Positions 20,423 through 31,823 are shown, counted from the first letter of the stretch. The stretch: DNA of 64,000 nt from a virus (IMGVR_UViG_3300001528_000259:64001-128000); one strand, 5' to 3'. Program-made: numbers and translations. The notes: generated by a model not told the origin, from the sequence alone.

Positions 20423-21742
20423 CAATCTATTACTTTCGGTTCCCACACCTACTGACCATATCTAATATGGCGATTAGTCATTTCTGGCTAATTCTCACGT
20501 TTCATGTTAATCGGTTTATAGCGTGAGTTCGGACTATATATTACATCCTCTTGTCTTTATATCAAAAAGAGTAGGATGGATAACTTCAGCACATATGTTA
20601 CCATATGCGCCCCGTAGTCTCTGAGGATAAAAATAAAATTATTATGCACATACTTTAATAAATTGTTTTAATATTTGTTCTATATTGTTAAAATCATAAT
20701 ACCAAATTTCCAATAATGTCATACAATGTTGGTTTGCATATTCACGTTTTCTTTTATCATGTTCTTGCTGTGTTTGGAATTGTTTGATTCCTCCGAAAAC
20801 CTCGATTGGACGTTCATGCTGTTCTCCCTGATATTCGATCAACAAATTTAATTCTGGTAAATAAAAATCATACGATAATTTACCACCACCCATACCAAAC
20901 AAATCATCAAACGTTTTATGCGAAATAAAATTTTGGTTTAATTTCAATAAAAAATCCTTAATTGCAGATTCACCTTTTGGCACATCACAATAAGGACAAC
21001 GCTGTGTGTACGCATTTGCTAACATTTTATATTGAATACCTATTTCTGGATGATGTTTACATATGTACTGCATTGGCGTATGAGAATTAATATATGGTTG
21101 ATCTAACAAAATCATATCGTTATGATCAAAGATTGTCTTGGCTTCATCATATGATAATTTTCTAGAGTTTGTAGTTCTTTCGATTCCACAATACTTACAG
21201 CCATATCCATGCCGTAAATTTTCATACCTAATAAATTGAGATCCTTTATCTGCATGTTTTAAACACAAATATTCAAGCTTAGTCTTTGCATTAATATATT
21301 CTGAGCTTAACAACAAATAACCTCGACTTTCAAACAAATCGCAAATATCACCCCATTTTGGTTTTTGAACATCTTTTGCACATTGAGAACAACAATACAA
21401 CCCCCTTTTTAACCCAGTTTCAACTTTGTCTACCTGAGATTTTGTTATCATAAATGGCTTTCCGCAATAATCACAATTGTACTCTATTTGTTTATTTTTA
21501 TTTGCACGAAAGCATTTATCTGAACAAAATTTGCTTCTATTTTCTTGTGATTTTGCTACATAATATTTCTTTCCACAATATTGGCAAACCTTCTCTGTTT
21601 GCATATTTTTCACCTCCTTTTTTGTAATTGTATTTGCACAATAATTTTATTAGTCTTTCCTAAGTCTTAAGTGAACCGCACTTTTTAACTTATATAGTTA
21701 TCTACTAGTAACTATATTACTATAGCTACGTGGCACAAATTT
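20423..21742 (-). mobile_element. group I intron 1 (IA-like, 1320 nt) in tape measure gene, endonuclease ORF in the P6 loop
   Basis: Exon GUGGU pairs with intron GCCAC (U.G at splice site); P10 UUUGU/ACAAG; P3 GAUAACU/AGUUAUC; R CUCAGAGACUA, S AUAUAUAGUCC; terminal G 20423. Splicing rebuilds the GT|A Val codon giving NEVVQDPESVG. Confidence 0.92.
20642..21604 (-). CDS. intron-encoded homing endonuclease (Vsr/EDxHD-like with TRASH-like Zn fingers)
   Basis: CQYCGK..FCSDKC repeats; LSYDFYLPELNLLIEYQGEQH..HDKRK core; RBS AAGGAGGTG. Confidence 0.85.
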   Translation of the reverse strand: MQTEKVCQYCGKKYYVAKSQENRSKFCSDKCFRANKNKQIEYNCDYCGKPFMITKSQVDKVETGLKRGLYCCSQCAKDVQKPKWGDICDLFESRGYLLLSSEYINAKTKLEYLCLKHADKGSQFIRYENLRHGYGCKYCGIERTTNSRKLSYDEAKTIFDHNDMILLDQPYINSHTPMQYICKHHPEIGIQYKMLANAYTQRCPYCDVPKGESAIKDFLLKLNQNFISHKTFDDLFGMGGGKLSYDFYLPELNLLIEYQGEQHERPIEVFGGIKQFQTQQEHDKRKREYANQHCMTLLEIWYYDFNNIEQILKQFIKVCA

Positions 21743-24700
21743 ACCACCTCGTTTGCAGCAGTTATAATACCAATTGATTCATCTAATGAGTTTCCGCCTT
21801 CTGCTAAAGCACTCGCAGAACGTTTTAACGCCTCACCAATTCCTTTAGAAGTGATACTAAACCTGTTACCCACTTCGTTGAACGAATCAACAATTCTCAT
21901 AGATTCAGACGCTTGAAGTCCAAATCCCTTCATGGTAGAAATTATACTTTCGGCAGCTTCGTCCGCGCTGGCAATACCATCTCCAACATTTTGATATACC
22001 AATGCGGCTTTTGCCATTTCAGATGCCTGAGTAATATTGTATCCCAGTTTTGCGAATGTTGCCGTTGCCAGTGTTACATCAGAAATCGTAGATCCAATTT
22101 CTGATCCTGTTTTTGCCGCAGTTTGTAAAAACTTATCATAAGTTTCTTCTGTTTCGTCTGTAACTTTCTTTAACTCCGTTAGAGCAAGGTCAATTTCTTT
22201 TACATACTGAATACCCTTTTTAAGTTCATTAAAGAACTTAAAAATTATACTTGAACCACTGAAGTACGTGAAAATTTCTTTTGTCTTACGTGTAATCGAC
22301 TCAATTATCGTTTCTGTTTTCTTGATGCCAGTACGCAATATACTAAGTCTGCCTGTCAATGGATCTACAGTAGCACTCCATGTCGCAAAAGTATTCGCTG
22401 CTATTTTTGTCGTACCAGTTAATTCACCGGTATCCGCGTTCATCCCCTGAATAACTACGCGACCTTGCGCCTGCGCTTGAACTGCCGCAGTAATCTTATT
22501 CCAATACTCGTCGGTTCCGACTGCGCCAAAACCAGATCCATCACCAAGATCAGTTGCATTATCACCACTATACTTTTCGTGAATCTTTAGATATCCATCG
22601 ACTTCTGATTTTAATTCTTTTACTTTTGATATCTGTTTGCTCAGATTATCTCTATCTTCTTCTGATGCTGCTGTTCCTTTTTTATTAATTTCGTCTCTTA
22701 AGTTACGTAAAACTTCAATTCGGTCAGACAAATCTCTTGCTTTCGCTTCGATATCTTTAGATATACCATCAGTACCAATCGCACGAAGTACAGTTTGATC
22801 TCCAGCATTAGCAGCAGAAGTTGCGGCATTAATACCAGTTGCTCTTTGAGCATCTTTAACACGTTGTTTCCAAACTGCTTCTTCGCTCTTATTATCAGCC
22901 TTATTTTGATCGTTGATTTTCCTTTGAGCTTTAGCCGCATCCAACAATCTTTTTTGTGCGTCAAACGATATACTATACTTTTCTCTTAATACAGCGTTTT
23001 CCTCGGTGGTAATTTTCAGCGAAGCTCGTTTTCTTCTAATCTCTTCTTTCAAGTTGTCGAGTCTCGCCTTAGTTTCAAGATTATTATCGCTGTCGAACTG
23101 TGCAGACAATCTACCAAGCGTCTCATAGTCATTCATGATAGACTTCATCATATTAGAACGAACCGCTTGTGTCTTAGATTGTGAACCTTGCGCATCTGCG
23201 TTTGCTTGTTTTACAGCACCACGAGTGGCAATTATGCCGCCCTTTGCAATCTTATCATTTATAGATTCGAGAACGCTTTTGATTTCAGTTAGTCTGCCGT
23301 CCAGAGCAGTTCCCGCTATCGTATCGACATTAGGCGCTTTAACTGTGCCAATACGCGAAGTACTTTTTTGAATATTATCCAAAACTCCTTTGACCGTTTG
23401 AAGTGTACTTTCAAGCGCCCAAGGAGATTGATTCTGTTCTCCATCATTTTGTTGTGTTTGACGATTAATAACGTTTGCAAAAACTTTATTAAGTGTTGAC
23501 TCAAGAGATGTTTCGTCAATAGCGACTTTATTGTCTGTATTCTCTGTATCTTGAATAACTTTTACATTATACGTGATTGAATTTAGAACATTTTTGAGCT
23601 CCTCAGTGTTGACAGAAGACTTATCAGACGCATCGCCAATGCCAGTTTTGACATTTGCCAACTGTTCACGAAGTTCTTGAATCATACCACCTTTAATCGT
23701 TGATTCTTCGGTTGCTTTGCGAGCTCGTTCTTCGGCATCTGATATTTGATCATACAATTCTGCTCTTGCTTGTTGATTACGATACGCTTCATCCGCCGCT
23801 TCGTCCACTTGTTTTTGAAGACGGTCTTGTAGTGCAATGTTTTCAGCCTGTAAAGCTTCTACTTTTTTTCTCTCTGATGCAAGTTCCGAAGAAGATGCAT
23901 CGCCAGCGCTAGAAGAAACGGTCTCTTGTTGTATGCCTGTGCCATTTTGTGCTTTTGCAGCGTTTAATTCTTCCTGCGCCTTAGTCTCCGCTTTAATTGT
24001 TTCCGTATTCTGTTGATGAGCGTCCGCCTCTTTCTTAACTCGCTCAAAAACAACGTCTTCAATCTCAATTCCGCCATATGTTTCACCATATTCATCGGCA
24101 AATTTATAAAGAGATCTTAGTCCTTTATCATCTGGTAACATCTCGACTTTCTTGCCATTTGCAAGTTTTAAGATAATCTTATCATATGTTTGACCAAATT
24201 CCTCAAGAGCCCCATCTGCCGCATCTATTTGTTCGCCAAGCTCATAATATCTCTCTTCTTCTTTTGTGCTTAAACCAGAATCCATATCTTTCTGATTTAA
24301 TTCTTCATATCTATCTCTTTGTCTTTGAGTTATGTTAGAAGCATATTGATCTGCAATGTCACGCAATAATTCAAGCTTATCTTCCAGCTTACCGTTTTCC
24401 TGAGTGATTGTTTCTGCATCATCTTCTGCAGACGCCTCTGATCTGGCAGATGTATTTTCTTGGATTGCGCTATTTACATCTTGGACTACAGGCAACGTAT
24501 TTTGAGCCATCTCTTTTAAGTGTGCCAAATATTCACTAGTAGATTTAAAAACAACCGCCGAATTTTCAATACTCTTGACGTCGGGGTCATAAATTACGCT
24601 ACCCTGATAATTACCGTCATAACCTTGATCTCCCGTTGCATTTAAAACACCTTCGTATCCCAATGCTTTCATAAATCTGGTGCCAAAATTATGATGATCC

Positions 24701-26727
24701 TCAGGAACTTTACCTTGTGCAAACAAGTTTGCTATGTTCTCACACTCATTTTTTGCATTCACAACCCATGTATGGAATTGCTCTTTAGTCATCTCAAAAT
24801 TTGTAAAGAGTTTCGTCGCGACATCAAATAACTCATCTTCCGTTAGATCTTCTATTTTGGTCAGTTTAGAGCCGTCCAAAATCGTTCCGTTTCCGACTAA
24901 TTTTTGCAAACTCGATAAAAATTCTCGCAAGATTTCGGCTTGTTCAACTGTTTGGTTAACATATAATTTATATTTGCTAGCGTCAAATTCAAAAAACGAT
25001 ACTTTACCATCAGCCAGAAAGGGTACCAAATCCTGTGCTCCACTCAAAAGAGAAGCAAATATGCCATCTCCAAATCCCGCAAATTCATCCTCTAATGCAT
25101 TTTGAATTATTGGTGTATGATTCACATCATAGAGTGCATCCGCACTTTGATTTCCAAGCAATGCAGGATTAAATTCGCCTTCGACACGTCGATATAACAA
25201 TAATTTCTTTTCTGATTCTACCTGTCGTTCCACTGCCGCAGCAGTCTTTTCTTCTTCAGTGCGTTTCTGTTTTGCAAACTCAGTCGCTTCTCTTTCCGTC
25301 TTAGCTTTTAATTCAGAGTCTTCTCTAGCACGTCTTTCTGTTTCTGCGATTTTATTTGCGTTATTAACATCTTCTGGCGTTGGTCCAAACTGTCCGTCGT
25401 TTCCGCCATTGGCAGTACCAACATTCTCGCCAATAATTTGACGCAATGATGTTTCTGCAATACTTGCAACAGGAGAAAGTTGATCGTACAGTTCATCATA
25501 TTTTTTAAGTTTTGCTCTCATATTACGGCGTTTTACACCGTCTGATTCATTTTGTACTTTTTCAGCATAATTTTCATATTCTTTTACAAATTTAACCAAC
25601 CATTGATATTGAGCCTCCCAATCTTCATTGTTGGATAAAGACTTATCATATCTATTTTTTAGAACTGCCAATGATGCACTTTCTGGAGAATAATTAAGAG
25701 CAGAAGATATTTTTTCATTTACTTTTTCTGCACTCTTTTCTTTTTTTAACATCCTATTGTATGCTTCTTCTATTTCTTTAACTGTTTTTAAAGAAGATTG
25801 CAGATTTTCTTGATTTATAATCTCTGCTTGGTTCTGCTGTAGAGACTTTATTTGTTCATCAATCTGACTGACCTCTACGTCGATATTTTTTATTTGATTT
25901 TGATAATACTTATCAAAATTACGTACAATTTTATTAAAATCAGCATCCGCTTTGTCAAAAACGTCAGCCGTTGTATCTGAAAGATTAACGAATTCAAAAT
26001 CAGATAGCAATGTCTTATCTTTAACCAAGCCCTTATTACCGTTTATAGTACGGGACATTCTATATAGATTTTCTGCCGCACTTAAAGCCTCAATGAGAGC
26101 CGCATTGTATTCTTTTGTTCCTTTTGTGACTTCACTTAATGCATCTTCTGCCTTAATGAACTCTCCCATTATACGCTGAGCTTGTTCGTCTATGCTTTCA
26201 GTGTCAGATATTTTCAACGGTTTAAACTCGTCATATTCCATCGTTGATAACTCAGACAATCTCTCATATTTGGCATAACGCAAATCGAGTTTTTTGGATT
26301 GTTGATTTAATTCATTTTTTCTTTTTTGCAAATCATTAAGTTGCGCTATAATATCACGGCTAGCATCCGCAATTCCTTCTTTTACACCAGAAACAATGCC
26401 TTGAGCAACGCCATTTCCAATACTCTGACCTAATTTTCCAGACCCAGCATTAACGCCAGCGGTAATACCGTCTGTAATCGCACTTGCAAACTGAGATACA
26501 ATACCCTGCAATGTTTTCTCAGAGAACACAATTTCTTGTTTTCCCATTTGCTTCAATTGGTTGTTAAATTCTTTGGTCAACTCGGTCAGACTATCTGCGT
26601 CCGTATCAACCTTCATTTTCAAAATATCATTCAGCTCTTGTGCTAATTCTTTTGCATCATTTTTTACAGCGTCTCTATCCAATATAGGTTTAATCGACGC
26701 TAACCATTCTGCTTTTCTTGTTGCCAT
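21743..26727 (-). CDS. tape measure protein, exon 1 (spliced product about 3697 aa)
   Basis: Ends in the TP901-type TMP core (IDLALTELKKVTDET..FAKLGY..DSFNEVGNRFSITSKGIGEALKRSASAL); ATG 26727 behind RBS GAGGTG. Confidence 0.9.
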
Positions 26728-26737
26728 ATTTCTCACC

Positions 26738-27283
26738 TCACTTTCTTATTGATCTTAAGATTTGTTTTCCAACCGAACGCCTAAAGTTTCGGTCAAATGT
26801 ATAATCATAACTATTAATGAATTTCTGAATTTCTTCTGCTGGCACAAAAGAACCATAATATTTTTGATCCTCATAATTTCCACCGCCGACAATACTACTT
26901 CCGTCTGTGCGAGGATGAATACCAGCAAGAAAGTTTCCAATAATCCACTCTGCATCTGCTGGTGAGTATATTTTTGATCCATAATATGTATTTTCTATTT
27001 TTGACGGATCAAATTCCACACCAGCAGAACAAATTAACGTATCACCATTTTCGCGTACCGGATTTGAATATGGCACAAAACTTTCCATTAAACTGTAAGT
27101 ACGATTATAACTAGTTGGATCATAATCATCATAGTATCGCACCAAACAAGATACAGTATTACTATACAAATCTTTTTCTGCTTGTTTAGTTGCATCCTCT
27201 GCCGCCGTTTTAAATACTTTTTTATAATCTTTTAGCATTTCTTCTGCCGCCTCGTCTATAGCTTGTTCCAAAGTTTTCGCCAT
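26738..27283 (-). CDS. conserved tail-associated protein preceding TMP
   Basis: YYDDYDPTSYNRTYSL..GIHP motif typical of the pre-TMP gene in such phages. Confidence 0.55.
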   Translation of the reverse strand: MAKTLEQAIDEAAEEMLKDYKKVFKTAAEDATKQAEKDLYSNTVSCLVRYYDDYDPTSYNRTYSLMESFVPYSNPVRENGDTLICSAGVEFDPSKIENTYYGSKIYSPADAEWIIGNFLAGIHPRTDGSSIVGGGNYEDQKYYGSFVPAEEIQKFINSYDYTFDRNFRRSVGKQILRSIRK

Positions 27284-27305
27284 ACTAACTCCTCCAATTT
27301 ATTAT

Positions 27306-27881
27306 TTACTTTAATTTATCTAAAAGCCCAATTAACTGGGACAAGTCTTCCTTTTGAATATCTGTGCCAAGGACGTCTTTCAGATTAAAATCTTCAAACT
27401 TTTCTTTTAAAACTGAACCAACTCCATCAAGTTTTTTCAGTACGCCATCAAGAAAATGCCCAACAAGCACATTTACATTATTATCTTCAAGCTCAGATGC
27501 TAGTGCCATCTTTAACAAAACATCGCACTCCTCATAATCATTCTGAAATTCTGCAATAATCTGTGCTAATAATCCACTTTCAGCAAGCAAATCATAATCT
27601 ACCACAGGATCTTCGCTCCACTCCAAATTAGTATGTAACGACAGCGTCGCAATAATGAAGCTCAAATATTGCCCAATCTGGTCATTCTTTTTAATGCCAT
27701 CAATCTCACGAATATTCTGGGACACAACCATTTCCATTGCTTGTTTTTTATCTCTAAAAGGCACATACTTTTTTACCTCAAGCTTTTCTGTAATATATTC
27801 ACCAATCGCATTAGGTTCACTCTTTGTATTTATCACATGTGCGTTTTGAAAATCTTTAACAAAATCTTGTATTTTAATCAT
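27306..27881 (-). CDS. putative tail assembly chaperone
   Basis: KKYVPF.DK, LHTNL, YDLLAESGL motifs; position upstream of TMP. Confidence 0.55.
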   Translation of the reverse strand: MIKIQDFVKDFQNAHVINTKSEPNAIGEYITEKLEVKKYVPFRDKKQAMEMVVSQNIREIDGIKKNDQIGQYLSFIIATLSLHTNLEWSEDPVVDYDLLAESGLLAQIIAEFQNDYEECDVLLKMALASELEDNNVNVLVGHFLDGVLKKLDGVGSVLKEKFEDFNLKDVLGTDIQKEDLSQLIGLLDKLK

Positions 27882-27895
27882 AATAATTTCTCCTT

Positions 27896-28279
27896 TTAAT
27901 CATTTTGATGAGTAATAAACTCATTTATTGCATACATATCTGCCACACTCATTTTTAGTTCTTCCAATTCCTCTAATGTGAATCTCACATTAGGCGGTTC
28001 AATCTCAACATTGTTGAGTTCCTGTAGTGTAGCGTTCGCCTCATCAGTCTTATCGGGTATGATTTTAATCATACCATTATCCGTAATAACAATGTTGCCA
28101 TTGTCATCCTTAATTGAATACGTGTCAATAATTTCCTGTCTTTTAGTATTAAAAAAAATTTCTTCAGTTTCCGAATCCTTACAAAATCTCATAATTTTGT
28201 ACGCAAGTTTAGCAGAGATTTTAGTTTGCGCAAACTGATTAAAAACTTGTATTGCGCCAATAAGTGTACAAATCTTCAT
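27896..28279 (-). CDS. hypothetical protein (possible tail-spike chaperone)
   Basis: Start reassigned to MKICTL behind strong RBS; follows S74-containing spike gene. Confidence 0.5.
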   Translation of the reverse strand: MKICTLIGAIQVFNQFAQTKISAKLAYKIMRFCKDSETEEIFFNTKRQEIIDTYSIKDDNGNIVITDNGMIKIIPDKTDEANATLQELNNVEIEPPNVRFTLEELEELKMSVADMYAINEFITHQND

Positions 28280-28304
28280 AAAAATTTCTCCTTTTATTCC
28301 TTTA

Positions 28305-31300
28305 TTATTGTAATTTTGCAACAATATCCTCAAGTTCCTGAACGCGCTTTTTAAGTTTTTGTATTTGCCAAGTGTTAAGAGCGATGAACTCCTCATATCG
28401 CAATGAACATGTTTCCTCATCGTTCTCATCTTTTGTTTCAACATATGCTGCAAAGTCCTGTGTAGTTAAACCAGCATTATTTATCGCTTGCAAAACATCT
28501 TGGGCTATAAACCCGCTGTGTATTCTGTTTGATGTCCCGTAATTAAATTTATATGTAACCGGAACAAGCGCGTCATAAAGCACATTATATTTATCAGAAA
28601 ATGTACTAATAGAGTTCTTTTTGTTTTTATCTGATATAATTGAACCGCTTGTGTTTCCCGTAATAGTGCCGCTAATGTACAAATCATTTGATCTGACCGA
28701 CATTTTTACAATCTGATAATTGTTAGCATTTATTGTACGTAAATTAGTTGTGCCACCATAGTAAAAAGTAATTCCATAATTTGTATACGCAACCGCTGTA
28801 TTTTGTTCTTGATTACCATTATTATCGCCGGAACAAAAAACAATTGATGGTCTAATTGCAGTATTATAATCGAATGTAGATGGGTTTCCTCCCCAATATG
28901 AAAATCCATCTCCGCCTATATAAACATAATTATCAGCAATAATACCCAATCCTCCAGATCCAGCAAAAGATGAACCACGAGAATAAATACAAGGACTGTT
29001 AGCAGAATCACTACCACTACTAATATGAAATGGATAGGTAGTATTTCCAAATGTACCAGTTGCCGCAGATAACGATCCGGCAAATGTTCCGGTTGCTGCG
29101 GATAGTGATCCAGCAAATGTGCTTGAAGCACTAATTGTACCTGTAATATGCGCTGAACGACAATAAAGTTCACCTTTTGTGTTAACTCCAAAATTACTTC
29201 CGGCTTTTAGTACCCATCCAGTACTTGTATGTCCGGCAATAGTAAAACTAGTTTTACTGCCCGTACACAAAAAAGCGTTAGCACTACTAAAAGATGTGCC
29301 ATAATAAATTGAATCATCGTTGATGGTCCAACCATTAGTTTGACTACCAATATAACCGGTTGTAGCAGTTAATTTACCTGAAATGTCAACCTCAGTAGCA
29401 GTTAAACCGGTTGCATCTATTTGATCCGCAGTTATACTACCAGTAGCAATATTGGCACCGTTAATTTTTGTGCTTCCGTTTTCTGTTGTTGTAAAAGCCA
29501 CATTGCCATCCAGTATAATATTCTTAGCATCTATAGTAATATATGAACTCGAATCATTCTGCCCAAGTACAATACTTGCACCCTCAAGCTCAACACTCTG
29601 ATCTTGCTCTGTTCCGTTCGTCGTATCTGTTCTTTTTGCAACTAAGGTTAAACTGGAACCGTCTCCTCCAGCTTGTTGCTGAAAAGTCGCAACATATTCG
29701 CTCCCATCATCATTTTTCCAAAAAGCGTTATTTGCAATAGTCGCATCAGTATTTGACAACCTATCAGAAAGAGTAATTCCACTTCCTCTTGCATTCACAA
29801 TTTCCGTATATATACCATCCGCAAATTGTCTAACCATGCTTGTAATGCGATTGTTGACATTACCAGCTAAAGTTGCTACCTTAATCCATGTGTCCCCATC
29901 TAATATATACAATTCAGCCTCATCATACCAATATGCATATGCAGTTCCTGCTGGTTGTGTAGTACCAAACCATACCTTGCCAATCGACTCATCCCATGTT
30001 TCACCGTTCCATATATAATAAAACCCAGGAGTAAACTCATAGGTTACATCTGTATATGTTTCTGTATGGGTATTTCCCGTTGGTATGTAAATCATGCCTG
30101 TTTTTAAGATAGTTTTGGCTTGATCCAATGTAAGACCATACGCCTGAGAAAATTCTCCAACGCTATATTTGTCCACAGAAGATAACATTCGACTATATTC
30201 TTCTGCATTTTTTGCTATAAGTAGTTTATTTTCCTCATCTAATGTACTGACAGTTTCCATTTCCGCCTTAGTAGACAGTCCATTTTTAACATACTCCGCA
30301 AAATATTCTGCGCCAGTGTTAGTTTCTCCGGTAACAGGATCAGTATATGACCAGCGGCTGATTGGCTCTACTGTTTGTTCAATCTCATTAGCCCTTGCTA
30401 ATGCTGCATTTGCTTGATTTACAGCCTCTGTTCGAGCACTTTCAGCAGACGTTACTGCACTTTCTGCAATGGCTTTTGCCTGAGCAGATATGGTAGCTAT
30501 ATTTTCTACCTGCGTATTCATATTTCCAACATCCGCAGTGATTTCGTCAACTCTACTTAATGCATCTTGTACCTGATCACTCATTGATGAATTAGAAGAT
30601 ATGCTTTCTTCTGCTTTGTTGTATGCTGCCTGAGCAACATTAATTGCAGCCGCGATATTTATTTCGGCACTATCAACACGATCTGCTATTTGCTGTAAAT
30701 TTTTACCCATTACATCTGTCGTACACGCCTGTACCCCAAGCATAATCACAGCATATTCAATACCATTTTTATTCTCTCTTGCAAATACCCTATATCCGTA
30801 ATTAGAGGAGGTCTTGGTGGCATATCCGCTTTTATTGGATGTGACATAATCTCCAACTTCAACATCTAATTCACAACGAACATCTACAAGTCCAGAAGTT
30901 ACTATAAGTCCATGTGTATTTTTTCTTGAATCATTAGCATCTTGACCACCAACAAAACCAGCGGCGTCAACAGACACACCAAAAATATCAACACCATCGC
31001 AAATTTTAATAGTTGATGTATTCGGTACTATACTAACAAAATAACCATATGTATCATATAATGCGTCGTGCCATTCATAATAATTAGCAATATTAACACT
31101 ATCAGATTGAACTGTTTTAAGTCGCTCAATTTCATCAAGTTCTGATCGTAATCCCGTAATTGCTTTGATTGGGTGCTGGTCATACTCATCTCTACCATTT
31201 AAACTATAATGGCGTGCAGTATCACCACCAACCCATCCAACAGCTTCGGTGGTTTCGACTTCTATTTCTTGAGTGCCTTCAACTTGAACGGACTGGATTT

Positions 31301-31418
31301 CTTCTTCTGTCTGAACACTTTGCTCTAAGATTTCTATATTTGAGATAGTTTCAGAAGAATCTTCTGGGACAATATCCAAATACTCCACTGTGCCCAATTC
31401 ATCTAATTCTTCATCCAT
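28305..31418 (-). CDS. tail spike/fibre with N-terminal Peptidase_G2-like and C-terminal Peptidase_S74 chaperone domains
   Basis: SDKNKKNSI..HSGFIAQDV..LRYEEFIAL coiled coil; NYYEW..GYFVS..GLVDVR..VGDYV..G.ATK; tandem TFAGSLSAATG repeat. Confidence 0.75.
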   Translation of the reverse strand: MDEELDELGTVEYLDIVPEDSSETISNIEILEQSVQTEEEIQSVQVEGTQEIEVETTEAVGWVGGDTARHYSLNGRDEYDQHPIKAITGLRSELDEIERLKTVQSDSVNIANYYEWHDALYDTYGYFVSIVPNTSTIKICDGVDIFGVSVDAAGFVGGQDANDSRKNTHGLIVTSGLVDVRCELDVEVGDYVTSNKSGYATKTSSNYGYRVFARENKNGIEYAVIMLGVQACTTDVMGKNLQQIADRVDSAEINIAAAINVAQAAYNKAEESISSNSSMSDQVQDALSRVDEITADVGNMNTQVENIATISAQAKAIAESAVTSAESARTEAVNQANAALARANEIEQTVEPISRWSYTDPVTGETNTGAEYFAEYVKNGLSTKAEMETVSTLDEENKLLIAKNAEEYSRMLSSVDKYSVGEFSQAYGLTLDQAKTILKTGMIYIPTGNTHTETYTDVTYEFTPGFYYIWNGETWDESIGKVWFGTTQPAGTAYAYWYDEAELYILDGDTWIKVATLAGNVNNRITSMVRQFADGIYTEIVNARGSGITLSDRLSNTDATIANNAFWKNDDGSEYVATFQQQAGGDGSSLTLVAKRTDTTNGTEQDQSVELEGASIVLGQNDSSSYITIDAKNIILDGNVAFTTTENGSTKINGANIATGSITADQIDATGLTATEVDISGKLTATTGYIGSQTNGWTINDDSIYYGTSFSSANAFLCTGSKTSFTIAGHTSTGWVLKAGSNFGVNTKGELYCRSAHITGTISASSTFAGSLSAATGTFAGSLSAATGTFGNTTYPFHISSGSDSANSPCIYSRGSSFAGSGGLGIIADNYVYIGGDGFSYWGGNPSTFDYNTAIRPSIVFCSGDNNGNQEQNTAVAYTNYGITFYYGGTTNLRTINANNYQIVKMSVRSNDLYISGTITGNTSGSIISDKNKKNSISTFSDKYNVLYDALVPVTYKFNYGTSNRIHSGFIAQDVLQAINNAGLTTQDFAAYVETKDENDEETCSLRYEEFIALNTWQIQKLKKRVQELEDIVAKLQ

Positions 31419-31433
31419 ATATTTTTCACCGCC

Positions 31434-31823
31434 TTACGTCAAGATTGTTTCGCCGTCAAGAATAACCAGACCTTCTTCATTTGCTGTCGGGAGAACTTGT
31501 CGTTCAACTATAAAATCATCAAGCATGGGATATACTGTAATTAATTGAGGGCGACTTCCAAAAATTGTGCCACTTGTCGAGCAACATGCTCTAATCTGCA
31601 CTTTTGCTTTATATTTATCTAAAAATCTAGATGTTTCTTCGGCGGTCAAAGAAACGCATAATTCTTTAGAATCGTTCGGCGCACTACAATTTTCCAGATT
31701 TTTTGTTATTGGCAAAAGTTCACTTGGATTATTTGGTTGCCAAAATTTTATTGTGGCCCATTCGAGTTCTGCTTTTGTATACGGTAATTTAAATGTGAAT
31801 TGTGCAGTTGTTCCACGAATCAT
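31434..31823 (-). CDS. BppU-like baseplate/fibre adaptor
   Basis: MIRGTT..F.F.LP..L..EET..F..KVQIR pattern. Confidence 0.5.
   Translation of the reverse strand: MIRGTTAQFTFKLPYTKAELEWATIKFWQPNNPSELLPITKNLENCSAPNDSKELCVSLTAEETSRFLDKYKAKVQIRACCSTSGTIFGSRPQLITVYPMLDDFIVERQVLPTANEEGLVILDGETILT

Noticed and set aside
12949-26736. Tape measure as three separate genes or a pseudogene broken by nuclease insertions
   Set aside because: Exact in-frame rejoining at U|..G| junctions and intact group I core pairings indicate splicing
26738-27881. Programmed frameshift in tail assembly chaperone genes
   Set aside because: No convincing slippery site found; the downstream gene has its own RBS
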